Source: an uncultured Gemmatimonadaceae bacterium
GTDB lineage: Bacteria; Gemmatimonadota; Gemmatimonadetes; Gemmatimonadales; Gemmatimonadaceae
Reading direction: 5' to 3'
DNA: 64,000 nt
Assembly: GCA_963829055.1 (NCBI GenBank)
Contig: CAWHHI010000004.1
Span: 608,001 to 672,000 of the forward strand
Of this stretch, positions 12,869 through 24,512 are shown piece after piece; positions within the stretch are counted from its first letter, which is position 1; the number at the start of each line of letters is the position of its first letter. Below the pieces are notes generated by a model. The model did no database searches. It was not told where the DNA came from and worked only from the letters and a program-made list of their open reading frames with translations. The position numbers and the translations under genes were made by a program.

Positions 12869-14471
12869 TCACTGGTTTCCGGATGAGTGCACGTCGCATG
12901 GCGACGCACGCCGGGCCCGACTCCCCGTCGGTCCGTGGCGTAGCGCGAAGCGCGAGCAGCATGGTTTCCTGCGAATACGCGCGCATGACGTCGAACCGAT
13001 CGCAGTCGTGCAGCACCAGTCGGAAGACCGTCTGGTAGTCGGAATAGATCGGCGTGCCGAGGATGTGCGTGATCCGTTGACGCTGCAGGTACGGAAGAAA
13101 CGAAGTCGTATCCTGCTGAAGGACTTCTTCCCAGAACACGGACTGCCGCTGCGCGAAGTAGTACAGCGTGGCGTTCTTGGGAACGATGAAGCGTGCCAAT
13201 GGCGGCGTATGCGTTGCCGCGAACCGTGCGGCGTCGATGAAGTCGAGCGACGCGGGTCGCGCGCAATCGACGCGGGCACGGGTGCAGGCTTCCGCGCGCT
13301 CGACGAGAGTGGAATCGTTGAGAATCGCCGGCGCCGTCAGAAGAACGCCGAGCGAGGGCACGAGCAGCCGAGCGCCGGTCCTCAGTCGAGCAGACTGCTC
13401 GATCCGGTTGGCGACGATCCCGGCGCCGATGACCGTCAGCGCTATGATGACCGGCAGCACTGGCGCGAGGAAGCGCTCGAGATTGTACGGCCAGACCGTG
13501 AGCAACGCGCCGTACGTAACGGAGAAAACGATCACGGCGTTCCACCGACGCCAGGCGCTCACTGCCCCGACGATCGCGGCTCCGCCGATGATGACCATCC
13601 AGAACACGTTGTCGAACACGGTGCTCGGATTCAGCGGCAGCTTCAACTCGGTGAACACCATCTGGCCGCCGTACGCGGTCACGTTCGTCTTGATACGGTG
13701 GACCAGTGTATTGGCGAATGAGCCTTCGGCGGTGCGTACATCGATCGCGTCATCGACGTACGAACGTCTCACCTCGCGCTTCGGCGCCATGGCGGTCCAG
13801 GCGAGCCAGCTGCCGACGGTGAGCGACGACGCGAGCCCGAGCGCAACAACCCAGCGAACGCGTCGGCGAAGGAGCCAGTGCGCGCCCAGGCTGAGCGGGA
13901 TCGTCACCCCAGCGCTGCGGACCAGAGCCGCGCTGATGGCGAGCGCGCCCGCGAGCATGGCGCGTCGTCCGCTCGGCAATGTGCGCTCACTCCAATCAGC
14001 CGCCCACAGGGAGCACAGCAGCAGCCCGGTGAACGTCGCCTCGGTCACTGGAGCGCCGGCCACTTCGACCAGCGTCGGATTTACGGCGCATATCGCGGTG
14101 ACCAGCAGCGCGAGCTCCGGCGACCAGCGACGACGGATGACATCGAAGAGCGCGATCAGCCCCACTACCGAAAACAAAATGCCCATGCCCGCGATCACGT
14201 CCAGCCGTTCGCCGAAAAGCGTCCCGAGGAACGCGAGCAGCGCCGGGTATCCCGGCGGAAAACGGGCGGCGATAGGTTCGGCGATGAACTGAACCTCGCG
14301 GTACGAAAATCCGCGCAGCGAACGCGCGAGGAGCAGGTAGGCCGCGTCGTCGCCGAACGTGAAGATCTCACGGGCGCGGACGGTCCATGCCAGACACACA
14401 TGACCCACGAGAACGGCGGCCAGGAGCACGCGCTGCCGAACGGCGAGCGACACCGGTTGTTCGGTCACCAC
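12864..14471 (-). CDS. Polytopic membrane glycosyltransferase (ArnT/PMT-like, GT-C fold)
   Basis: Intact 535-aa ORF; GDDAAY, FPPGYP, TEATF, RSAG, ERFLAP motifs; many hydrophobic helices. Confidence 0.7.
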   Translation of the reverse strand: MVTEQPVSLAVRQRVLLAAVLVGHVCLAWTVRAREIFTFGDDAAYLLLARSLRGFSYREVQFIAEPIAARFPPGYPALLAFLGTLFGERLDVIAGMGILFSVVGLIALFDVIRRRWSPELALLVTAICAVNPTLVEVAGAPVTEATFTGLLLCSLWAADWSERTLPSGRRAMLAGALAISAALVRSAGVTIPLSLGAHWLLRRRVRWVVALGLASSLTVGSWLAWTAMAPKREVRRSYVDDAIDVRTAEGSFANTLVHRIKTNVTAYGGQMVFTELKLPLNPSTVFDNVFWMVIIGGAAIVGAVSAWRRWNAVIVFSVTYGALLTVWPYNLERFLAPVLPVIIALTVIGAGIVANRIEQSARLRTGARLLVPSLGVLLTAPAILNDSTLVERAEACTRARVDCARPASLDFIDAARFAATHTPPLARFIVPKNATLYYFAQRQSVFWEEVLQQDTTSFLPYLQRQRITHILGTPIYSDYQTVFRLVLHDCDRFDVMRAYSQETMLLALRATPRTDGESGPACVAMRRALIRKPVT

Positions 14472-14486
14472 AGGCGAACGGACGGG

Positions 14487-16013
14487 TCAGCCGGCAGCTG
14501 TGCGCCGCGACGATCTCGCGGCCAACTCCTCCGCCGCATCGAAGAAGAGCGCAGCCTGCGTCGAGCGGTCGAACCGGCCATCGTGATTGAGCGACGTTGG
14601 TCGGATCCCGGCGCGAAACTCGGCGAACCGCTTGGCGATCACGCGTTCGATTCCGTCCACGTCGTACGGCGCGATCACGTCGGCTTCCGTATCGCGCAGC
14701 AACGCTTCGGTCGCGCCCGCAGGTTCGGCCAGCGCGAGGAGCCACGCATCGAATCGCATGTACTCGAAGAGCTTCGCCGGGATCGTCACCGTCGTTCGCA
14801 ACGGCAGGCTGACGAGGAGCGAGACACCAGCGAGAAACTGCAGTGCGTCGCGCCTCGGTCGAAATCCGTGAGCGACGAAATGCTCACCCAGGCCCGCTTC
14901 CGCCGCTATGGTCGTGAGCGGAATGCCCTCGCACGCGTCGTCTCCCATGAACTCCACGCCGAATTCATCCGGCGTCGCGCCCGTTGCACGGGCGACACGG
15001 GCTGCAGCCTCGAAGAGCGGACGCGGATCGCGACCGAGGTAGATCATGCCGGCGAACCCCACGACGAATCGGCGACCAATGCGCGACGGGGGTAGCGGTT
15101 CGCGGTCCGCTCCGTTCATCACCGTGCGCACGCGGCCGCGGAGCGCCGGGTATTTCGCGACCTGTAGCTCCTCGTGGGCCTTCGACGTCACGACGAGCAG
15201 GCTCGCGGCCGATACGCAATCACGCTCGTGCCGCTGGGCGAGCCTGCGCCAGGTGTCGCTTCGAAACTCGGAGGGCATCGCCGAATCGTCGGACCAGGGG
15301 TCACGCATGTCCATCACGATCGGCAAGGCATGACGGGCGGCGATGCGGCGCGCTGCGTCATGAGCAGCGTGCGGGGGGCCGGAGCTCACGACGATGTCGT
15401 ATCGATTCTTGGCAGCGAGCCGGGACCCGAGCGCCGCCGCTCGACGAGCCAACGCGTCGGCCAACTGAAAATGCACGCGGCTTCGAAACGCCCGACGCCA
15501 GAGCGACGCGTCCTCTCCACCTAACGCGACCGTCCGATCGCTGCCGTCCAGATGCCCGCCGAGCGGCGCCTCGGATGGTTTGGCGCCGACCGTTCCGACC
15601 CACCCTGCTCGGCGCGCCGCTCGGAGCATTGCGCGGTACCAGACGGGGTTCTCGCCAGTGAACCCGAACATCCGTACGCCCGGCGGGAGTCGCTCGAGTC
15701 TCGTCATGTCCAGCGGGCCCATGAACTGCGGCTCCAGCGCGACCACATCGAATGCCCAGCCCCGCTCGGCTCCGCAGCCTACGAGCGAGATCCAGCGCAA
15801 CGCACCCACTTCCGCGCTGGGCGCAAAATCGAAGAAGACGAGGAGCCCTCGGCGGAGTGGGTTGGTGACCGGCGCGGTCGCGTGGAACGCAATGGGATCG
15901 CCGCCTGGCGATGCGCCGTTCGTGGAGCCGAGCGGACTGAAAGCGGGCGCGGTCCGATCCCCTTCGTTCGCGAGAGAGCTGACAGGCGGTGAATTCCGCA
16001 CAGCGCGGGTCAT
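14487..16013 (-). CDS. Glycosyltransferase family 4
   Basis: FAPSAEVGALRW, VSSGPPH, DMRDPW, NGAD, AGMIY.GRDP, PAKLFEY. Confidence 0.8.
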   Translation of the reverse strand: MTRAVRNSPPVSSLANEGDRTAPAFSPLGSTNGASPGGDPIAFHATAPVTNPLRRGLLVFFDFAPSAEVGALRWISLVGCGAERGWAFDVVALEPQFMGPLDMTRLERLPPGVRMFGFTGENPVWYRAMLRAARRAGWVGTVGAKPSEAPLGGHLDGSDRTVALGGEDASLWRRAFRSRVHFQLADALARRAAALGSRLAAKNRYDIVVSSGPPHAAHDAARRIAARHALPIVMDMRDPWSDDSAMPSEFRSDTWRRLAQRHERDCVSAASLLVVTSKAHEELQVAKYPALRGRVRTVMNGADREPLPPSRIGRRFVVGFAGMIYLGRDPRPLFEAAARVARATGATPDEFGVEFMGDDACEGIPLTTIAAEAGLGEHFVAHGFRPRRDALQFLAGVSLLVSLPLRTTVTIPAKLFEYMRFDAWLLALAEPAGATEALLRDTEADVIAPYDVDGIERVIAKRFAEFRAGIRPTSLNHDGRFDRSTQAALFFDAAEELAARSSRRTAAG

Positions 16014-16014
16014 C

Positions 16015-17088
16015 TCAGAGCGGAGCGACGGCGCGGACGGTGCGCCGTGGGAGGAACGCCGACGCACCCGTCAACCACCCCTCGAACTCCACTGGGGCCA
16101 GGTGCATCGTATCGATGAGGCGCGGCAAGAGCAGCGGGTCCGACGCCGAGGACGCGATGCCAGGGAAACACGTGGTCGCCGACGTGACGCCCATCTCACT
16201 CAGCCAGCCCCGAAACGCAGGATGCGTGACGCCGCTCGGATAGCAGAAATGCGTTGCATTCGCGCCGTTGGTCATCGACGCGATCGCGCGCCGATTGTCC
16301 ACGATTTCGCGCATGAACGGCTCCCGCTCCGTCGGCACACGATGTCGGTGCGTATGGAGTTGCACGTCGATGAGATCGCGTGGCAAGCTGGCGACTTCCT
16401 CCGCGGACATGAGGCATAATGTTCGACGCGCCCGGATAGTCTGATAGTCCACGCCAATGCGTTCCGCAACCGAACCGATGATCGCATCCTTGTCCGCGCC
16501 CGACAGCTCGTCTCGCAGGCACCGACGCATGATGGCGGAAAAGACCGATTCGCGCTCCTCTCGAGTGCGAAGCGATACCGGCTCGGGTGACTCGAGTAGG
16601 TCGGGCGCGTCGAGCGTGCGGTCACGCCCTTTCCACAGAACGTAGCGCAGCATCGTGTTGAACACGGGACGCTGCGTCTGGGCGTAATACGTCGTCAGGT
16701 AGACCGTTGCTGGGTATCCAAACTCTACCAGGAGCGGGCGTACCTGGCTATGGAAGTCCGCCGCGCCATCATCGAACGTGAGCGCCACGGCTCGAGACGG
16801 CAACGTACCGTCGTAGAGGCGCGAGACGGCCTGGGAAAGGGGAAGCACCTCGTACCCGCCGTCGCGGAGCGCGACAAAGCGACTCCGCAGAAATTCGCGA
16901 GGTACATAGAGCTCGCTGTCCCATTCGTGCTCATCGGTCGCCGACACCCCGTGATACCCGAGGATCAATAGCCGACGTCCGCGCCACCGGCTGTCGCGGG
17001 CGAGCGACGTCAGCCCAGACCGACGGGCGGCGTTGAGCGTTCTTTGCTTGATCGCCTTGAGGAGCGAAACGTGGTTCGGCTGGCTCAC
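16015..17088 (-). CDS. Polysaccharide deacetylase (CE4/NodB)
   Basis: ILGYHGV, ALTFDDG, QLHTHRH, HFCYPSG, LLPR. Confidence 0.88.
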   Translation of the reverse strand: MSQPNHVSLLKAIKQRTLNAARRSGLTSLARDSRWRGRRLLILGYHGVSATDEHEWDSELYVPREFLRSRFVALRDGGYEVLPLSQAVSRLYDGTLPSRAVALTFDDGAADFHSQVRPLLVEFGYPATVYLTTYYAQTQRPVFNTMLRYVLWKGRDRTLDAPDLLESPEPVSLRTREERESVFSAIMRRCLRDELSGADKDAIIGSVAERIGVDYQTIRARRTLCLMSAEEVASLPRDLIDVQLHTHRHRVPTEREPFMREIVDNRRAIASMTNGANATHFCYPSGVTHPAFRGWLSEMGVTSATTCFPGIASSASDPLLLPRLIDTMHLAPVEFEGWLTGASAFLPRRTVRAVAPL

Positions 17089-17722
17089 TGACGAGTGGCG
17101 ATCCGGGGCATCTGTGTATGCGGAAGCGTCGACGTCATGGGACGAGCAACAGGTGCTTCGGGCAAGAGGGAGACCATGGCGAGCTCGGCTCGACGCATGG
17201 GTGTGCTGGGTAGGGTGTGTTCAACTCCGCCCCCAGCTGGAGTTTCTTAGTCCAATGATAATCTGCGAGCTTATGCGCGTCCCGTCGGCGTCGCTCTCCG
17301 GTTGACGCTACGCCTCGCGCCAGAGTTGTTGCGGCCGTGCGTCGATTGGTGGCGCCCGTGCTACCCAGTCCGGAGCGTCAACGCGCGCGATGCCGGTGTG
17401 GCCGCAGCGTCCGAGGGGTTCGCGCGTCCTGTGCACGTTCCGAGCCCTTCGAGGGAACGGGAGGAACAGGAAGGCGCTCACGGCCTTTGCTTTGCGTTGC
17501 GGGTCGGCGATATACCCGGCACATCGGTATCGTCGCCGGATGGTCGCTACTCTACCGCTGATGGCGAGTCAGTCGTCTGGATTCACGACCCGACTGCCAC
17601 GGCCGGCGGTCGCGCTCGCACCCGTTTACGCGTTTCACTGGTTTTACTCACGTCCTCCGATCGATGCCTAGCAGCGGTTTCCCGGTGAGCAGGAACTCTT
17701 CTTCAATGGTTCGGGTGCGCGC

Positions 17723-19701
17723 ATGTGCGGAATAGCGGGCTTTGTGTCGCGCGCCACAAATGGGGACGCCGGGCGTGAAGGAGATGTCGTCGCGCTACGT
17801 CGGATGTGCGACGCGATTCGACACCGCGGTCCCGATGACGCCGGCTACTACGTAGCCGCGACGCCTCCGGAATCAGCTGGTGCGCGCGCCGCGATCGGCA
17901 TGCGCCGACTGAGCATCATCGACGTTGCCGGCGGTCATCAGCCGATGACGAACGAGGACGGCACGGTCCACGTCGTGTTCAACGGCGAGATCTACAACTA
18001 TCAGCAGCTGCGTTCTCGACTGCTCGCTGGACGACACCAACTCACGACACACAGCGATACCGAGACGCTGGTGCACCTGTATGAGGACCTCGGGGCTGAC
18101 CTTGCACGCGAGCTCCGCGGGATGTTCGCGTTCGCGATCTGGGACGCACGACGGGGCCGGCTGCTCGTCGCCCGCGATCGGCTCGGGATCAAGCCGCTCT
18201 ACTACTGGCGAGACCGCGGGTGGCGTCGCCTTCGCCTCGGAGCTCCGTGCGCTCGTCACACTTCCGGGCTTTCCGCGCGAGGTCGACCCCGACGCCGTCG
18301 TGGACTACATGGCACTCGGGTACGTCGCCGGATCCGCGAATGCATCTTCACGGGCGTTCGAAAGCTGCCGCCAGGACATCTGCTGGAGTGGTCGCGCTGA
18401 CAGGCGGCGTTCGGGTGGAACGGTACTGGTCGCCAGCGGTCGCGGAGAACAGCACGATCAGCGACGGCGAGGCGATCGAGGAAACTCGCCGTCTGCTCGA
18501 TGAGTCGGTCCAGATCCATCTGCTCTCCGAAGTCCCGCTCGGCGCATTCCTGTCCGGTGGGATCGATTCGTCCGGTGTCGTCGCGACGATGGCGCGCATG
18601 TCGGGTCAGCCTGTTCGCACGTTCTCCATCGGTTTCGAGGAGCGCGAGTTCGACGAGTCGCAGTATGCGGCGGAAGTCTCGCGCGCGCTCGGCACGCAGC
18701 ACACGCAGCTCGTCGTTCGCCCGGACGCCGAACTGCTCTTCGATCAGGTTGCACGCGCGCTCGACGAGCCATTCGCTGATCCGTCCGCGCTGCCGACGTT
18801 CCTCGTATCGCACCTCGCGCGTCGCGACGTCACGGTCGCGCTCTCGGGCGACGGTGGCGATGAGCTGTTCGGCGGGTACACGCGCTACTTCGAAATCAAT
18901 GGCGCGAACACGCTGCCGGCCATCGCGCGTACAATGCTCCGCACGGTCGGGCTGTCACTGCCGCACGCCGCGTACGGGCGCAATCGACTGCTTTCCCTCG
19001 CGCGTTCGATGCGTGGTCGTTATGCGGGAACCGTCGCGCTGCCCGTGCGAGAGGCCGAGGGTGGGTTGCTGCGCGAGGAGCTTGCGGCAGCGTGCGCTGC
19101 CATTCGAAAACACGCTCGATCGCTGGTTCGACGGCTCGTCGTCGCGCGACTTCATGACGCAGCTCATGATGGTCGACGTGCAGAGCTATCTGCCCGGCGA
19201 TATCCTCACGAAGGTCGATCGCATGAGCATGGCGCACTCGCTCGAGGCGCGCGTGCCGTTGCTCGATCACGAGGTCGCCGAGTTCGCGCTCTCGTTACCG
19301 CCGTCGACTGAAGTTTCGCGACGGAGTGGGGAAGTGGGTGCTTGCGTCAGGCGCTGGCCGATCGCGTTCCCGCCGACGTCTTCACGCGGCCGAAGCAGGG
19401 CTTCGATGTCCCGTTGCGCGACTGGTTCCGCGGGCCGCTGTCGCATCGTCTCGCCGCGCTCGACGATCAGTCATCGCGCATCTACGAGTTCGTCGAGCCG
19501 CGCGCGGTGCAGCGCATCGTGCGCGAGCATCGCACGAGCCGCCGCGATCATGCGCGCACGATCTGGCGTCTGATGATGCTCGATCAATGGATGAGGCTTC
19601 ACGCGACCGGAGAATTCGTGCGTCCGGTCACGATTAGTGGCGACGTCGATGCGTTGATCGGACGCGCGATGGCCGACGGAGCGTTCGCCACGACAAATTG
19701 A
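17723..19701 (+). CDS. asnB: Asparagine synthase (glutamine-hydrolysing)-type amidotransferase; frameshifted
   Basis: MCGIAG, RHRGPD, RRLSIID, FNGEIYN, RDRLGIKPLYY, FLSGGIDSS, LSGDGGDELFGGY, KVDRMSMAHSLEARVP, PKQGF. Confidence 0.9.
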
Positions 19702-19931
19702 CCGCTCGCGCGCCCGCGCGAGCCGTCGCGTCATCGTTAGTTGCGCCCCCAATGGACTGCATAACGATGATCTAGTGTGCTGTTCCGCACCAATCACTTG
19801 CGTCCTTCAGACGCGGTGACTCACTGCCGACAATTTCGTCCAGAAGCAGACGCGACCACACGGCGCAATTTGCGCGGCACGTTGCAGGATGCACGTCACT
19901 TATGACGGCAGGATCGGCCCTCTAGCAGGAG

Positions 19932-20038
19932 GGCGCGACAAGGGCAAACCCGTCGAAAGGCGGGGACGCAAAGCATACGGGGCTACAGCGCGCATCGGAT
20001 CGAACACGCGCGCCACGCCGGCCGGGCCGCCGAACGCC
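19932..20038 (+). ncRNA. c-di-GMP-I (GEMM) riboswitch
   Basis: CGACAAGGGCAAACCCGTC-GAAA-GGCGGGGACGCAAAGC..GGGCTA..GCCGCCGA: GGCAAA, GNRA-capped P2, GACGCAAAGC and the P3 pattern; about 18 nt before ATG 20056. Confidence 0.9.
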
Positions 20039-20055
20039 TTGCACTGGAGGAGTCC

Positions 20056-23000
20056 ATGCCATGCATTCGCCGAGCGGTTGCTCGCGGTTGCACCTTCGCT
20101 GTCCTCGCCACGGTCGTCGCGTGTTCTGGTGACGACGGTGTCGGAATCGATACGCCCGTAGGAACATCCACTCTTGCGGTCCGCCTGTCTCCCAAGAATG
20201 ACTCGTTAGGCGTCGGAGAGACCAGGCGCTTTACGGCCCAGGTCGTGGGCCGGGCCGGCGTGACGCACAGCACACCTGTCGCGTGGGTATCGCTCAACAA
20301 CGATGTCGCCACGGTGAGCACATCGGGCGATGTCACGGCGTTGGCGCCGGGCTTCGTCAGCATCGTTGCGACCGTCGGCACGAGCGCCGACACGGCGAGC
20401 GTCTACGTTCCCAGTGCCCTCATGGTCGAGCCGAACGCGGTCGTCACCGCGGTGGGTGAAGAAGTGAAGTTCGCTGCCAAGAAGCGAAGCGGCGCCGGCG
20501 CGTCCGGCAACACCTTCACGTGGTTCTCGTCCAACACGAAGATCGCCACGGTGACGGCGGACGGCATGGTGACCGCGGTCGGGCCGGGCGAGGTCACGCT
20601 CATTGCGTCCTCGGGAACACAGACCGGAAGCGCAGTCGTCTCCGTTCGCACTAAGGACATCGCATCGCTGCGCCTCGCGCCGGCGACCAGTTCCGTCTAT
20701 CCCAAAGCGACGACGCAGCTCCAGATCACGGCCTACGACGATGCCGGCCGCGCCATGGCGCTGCCACAGGGCACTGCGCGGTGGAGTACCTCCGACGCGA
20801 ACGTGCTCGTCGTCGACGACCTCGGAACGGTAACGGGGAAGGCAAAGGGCTCGGCGGTTGTCACCGCACGCATCGGCTCCAAGTCCGCCACCGCATCGGT
20901 GAACGTGCTCGACGAGCCGGTCGCGACGGTGAACGTCGCGCTCGACGCGTCGACGCTCGATCTCGGTCAGGTCACGCAGGCCGTCGCGACGCTGAAGGAC
21001 GCGACCGGCTCTACGCTCGGCGGCCGCACTATCGCCTGGCAGAGTTCGAATCCGGCCATCTCGACTGTGAACGCGCTCGGCGTCGTGACTGCAGTGGCGC
21101 GTGGAAGCGCGACGATCAGCGCGATCGCCGACGGTAAGGTCGGCGGTGCACCGGTGACGGTCGCGACCAAGCCGATCGGCTCGGTCGCTATTTCGCCGAA
21201 TCCGGCATCGGCAACCATCGGTCAGTCGGCGCAACTTTCAGCAGTGGTGAAGGACGCGGCAGGTGCCGCGCTCGTCGGCCGCTCGATCACGTGGGCCAGC
21301 AGCAATGCTGCTGTCGCCAGCGTTTCCAGCACGGGCCTGGTCAGTGCCGTTGGCGCTGGCTCGTCAACGATCTCGGCGACGGCCGATGGCATCTCGGGCC
21401 AGGCGACGTTTACCTCCGCCACCGTCAAGACGGCGTCGGTCGTGATTTCCCCCGGCTCGCCTAACGTGCAAGTCGGTCAGGACGTGCAGCTCAGCGCCAC
21501 CGCGTATGACGCGGCCGGCAATGTGCTCGCGGCGCGAGTCCCGGCGTGGAGCAGCTCCAATCCGACAGTCGCGACGGTATCGAACTCCGGCCGCGTCACA
21601 GGCGTGTCGAAGGGCAGCGCGAACATTACCGCCGCGGTCGACGGTAAGAGCTCGAGCGCAGCGGTGGCAGTGAATGCCCCGCCGCCGGCTCCCGTCGCGT
21701 CGCTCACGGTCTCGCTGAGTTCGTCCGCGTTGAACGTCGGACAGTCGACGCAGGCGGCGGCCGTGGCCCGCGATGCGGCCGGCAATGTACTGACGGGACG
21801 TGCGATTGCGTGGAGCAGCGCGGCGACCGACGCTGGCGACAGTGTCGAGCACCGGGCAAGTGGCGGCGATCGCCGCGGGCTCGGTCAGCATCGTCGCGTC
21901 GAGCGAAGGCGTGACTGGTTCTGCTACCCTCGTCGTGGCCATCGCCGCGCCGCAACCGGTGGCGACGGTATCGCTGTCGGCCACGTCGACGTCGATGCTG
22001 TTCGGTCAGTCGCAGCTCATCGCGGTCTCGGTGCGCGACGCGTCAGGCAACCAGCTCGACGGGCGCACGATCGCGTGGTCCAGCTCGAATCTTGGCGTAA
22101 TCACGGTTTCACCTTCGGGTCAGGTGCAGGCCGTGGGCGCTGGGTCGTCGACGATCATGGCGACCAGTGAAGGCAAGAGTGGCACGATTTCGATCACCGT
22201 TGCGGCACCAGTCGTGCCGGTATCGTCGGTGAGTCTCGCGGCGGGGTTTACGTCGCTGGCGCTGGGCCAGACCATGCAGGTCACCGCGACGCCGAAGGAC
22301 AGTCATGGCACCCCCCTAGCGGGCCGCACGATCACCTGGTCGAGCTCCGCACCGTCAGTGGCGTCGGTGTCGCAGACCGGTATGGTGACGGCGCTGACCG
22401 CAGGGTCGGCTGTCATCAACGCGACGGTTGAAGGCGTCACGGGATCGCTTCCGATAACGATCAACCCGGCTGGTGGAACGGTCGCGACGGTTCGCGTCAC
22501 ACTCGCGAGCGCGGCGATCAATGTCGGCCAGAGCACACAGGCGACGGCGACGGCGAGCGATGCCGGCGGCACGACGGTCGCTGGCGGAACGCCGACGTGG
22601 GCAAGCTCGAACACGTCCGTCGCGACGGTGTCGGCAAACGGTTTAGTGTCCACGGTCGCAGCCGGCCAGGCCACGATTAGTGCTACCATGGCAGGCAAGT
22701 CGGGCGGTGCGTCACTCAGCGTGAGCACGATTGCGACCGGCGGCTCGCTGGCGACGCTCCCGGAGTTGCCGCGGTCGGTGCCCAGCGCCACGGCGTCCGC
22801 GCCGTCACGCGTCGTTCGGATTCCGGCGGGTGGTGATTTGCAGGCGGCGCTGAATGCCGCCCAACCAGGCGATGAGCTGCGCCTGGCCGGCGGAGCAACG
22901 TGGACGGCGAACTACACACTGCCGTCTCGTGCCTGCAGTGCCGTGGACCGCTGGATCACGGTGCGAACGGATATCGATGACTCGCAGTTGCCGGGGCCGA

Positions 23001-24364
23001 GCGCTCGCATAACGCCGTCCTTCGCGGGCAGGCTGGCGCGAGATCGTCTCGAACACCAACGAAGCAGCGATTCGTACGACCGGTCCCGCGTGCGGTTGGC
23101 GCTTCCTCGGTCTCGAGATCCTCGGCAGCAGTCCGAACACGACCGTCAACTACGGAATTCTGAAGTTGGGAGACGGAGGTTGGGCCGGCGGCGGTGACAT
23201 CCAGACTGTCGCTCGACAAGGTGCCGCAGGACTTCATTGTCGACCGGGTCTACCTGCACGGTACGGATTCGACGAATACGACACGCTGCCTCGCGCTGAA
23301 TTCGGGGCGGTCGGCGGTTGTCAATTCGTGGCTCGGACAACTGCCACGCCAAGCGGCTTCGACTCTCAGGCGATCGAAGGTTGGAACGGCCCCGGCCCGT
23401 ACCTGATCGAGAACAACTTCCTGGCCGGCGCCGGCGAGAACGTCATGTTCGGCGGCGTCGGACCCTGGAATCGCGAGTCTCTCGCCGACCGACATCACGA
23501 TTCGCGCGCAACCACGTCTGGAAGGATCCGGCGTGGAAGGGCGTGTGGACGGTGAAGAACCTGTTCGAGCTCAAGAACGCCCGCCGCGTGCTCGTCGAGG
23601 GCAACGTGTTCGAGAACAACTGGGCGGCAGCGCAGCAAGGCATGGCGATCGTGCATCAAGTCGCTGTCAGGACAACGCGGTACGTGCGACGTGGGAGCGG
23701 CACGACGGACGTGACGTTCCGCTACAACATCGTGCGCAACTCGCCGCGTGGTCTGAACGTGCAGGGCATGGACTACTCGAGTGGCGGTATCGGCATACCC
23801 GTGGCGCGCGTCCGTGCCGAGAACAATCTCTTCGAAGGCATCGGCGTCTTCAACGGAACGGAGAGTGGCTGGCTCAATCTCGTGACGCACAATCCCAGCG
23901 ACATTGCGATCGTGCACAACACCATGGTTCACAACACGAGCTACGGCCTCTCGGTCGTGATGGACTACGGTAACGGACAGGCGCGTCGTCTGCAGATCGA
24001 TGACAACGTGTTCACAGCGCCTTCGGGCTACGCCGTCTTCTACTCCGGCGGCGCGATCGGCGGCGCGGCGCTGACGCAGGAAGCCAGCACGACGTGGTCG
24101 TTTGCTCGTAACATCGTCGGGGGCGTGGAAGACCAGTTTGCCTCCAAGCACCCGGCGGAAAGCTGGTATCCCACGTCGATCAGCGGCATCGGATTCTCCA
24201 ATGCCGGGTCGGGCGACTACCGCCTCGCCGCAGGGAGCCCCTACAAGGGCAAGGGTTCGGCGGGTACCGACCCCGGAGCGGACTTCGACGAGCTGGCACG
24301 CCGCACCGCGGGGGCCAAGGTCTCCGCGAGCGGGTCGGTGGTTGCCGCAATGCTCCGCCGCTAG
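20056..24364 (+). CDS. Large lipoprotein with about 10-11 bacterial Ig-like (Big_2) repeats and a C-terminal pectin-lyase-like beta-helix domain; frameshifted
   Basis: RBS GGAGG; lipobox VVAC; repeated W.SSN..VATVS..G.VTAV..G.A.I.A units; then GDLQAALNAAQPGD, GWNGPGPYLIENNF, KNLFELKNARRVLVEGNVFEN. Confidence 0.85.
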
Positions 24365-24411
24365 ACGAACCCAGTTGCAGTTCGGCGCCGCGAGACGGCG
24401 CGCACGATGTC

Positions 24412-24450
24412 AAACGTGGGGCGTACTCGATCGAGTACACCCCACGTTTT
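24412..24450. terminator. Hairpin between convergent genes (probable bidirectional terminator)
   Basis: AAACGTGGGG-C-GTACTCGA/TCGAGTAC-A-CCCCACGTTTT near-perfect inverted repeat. Confidence 0.7.
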
Positions 24451-24512
24451 CGCATCCATCGAGCACAGTCGAGCACATTCCTCGGGACTCGGCTGACCCC
24501 GTCGGCGTTGTG

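Noticed and set aside
17089..17722. ORF 17302..17688 in the divergent spacer
   Set aside because: No RBS or family motif; probably a promoter region.
20200..22750. CRISPR array or DNA tandem repeat
   Set aside because: The periodicity is from degenerate protein-level Ig (Big_2) repeats; there are no identical direct repeats with spacers and no cas genes.
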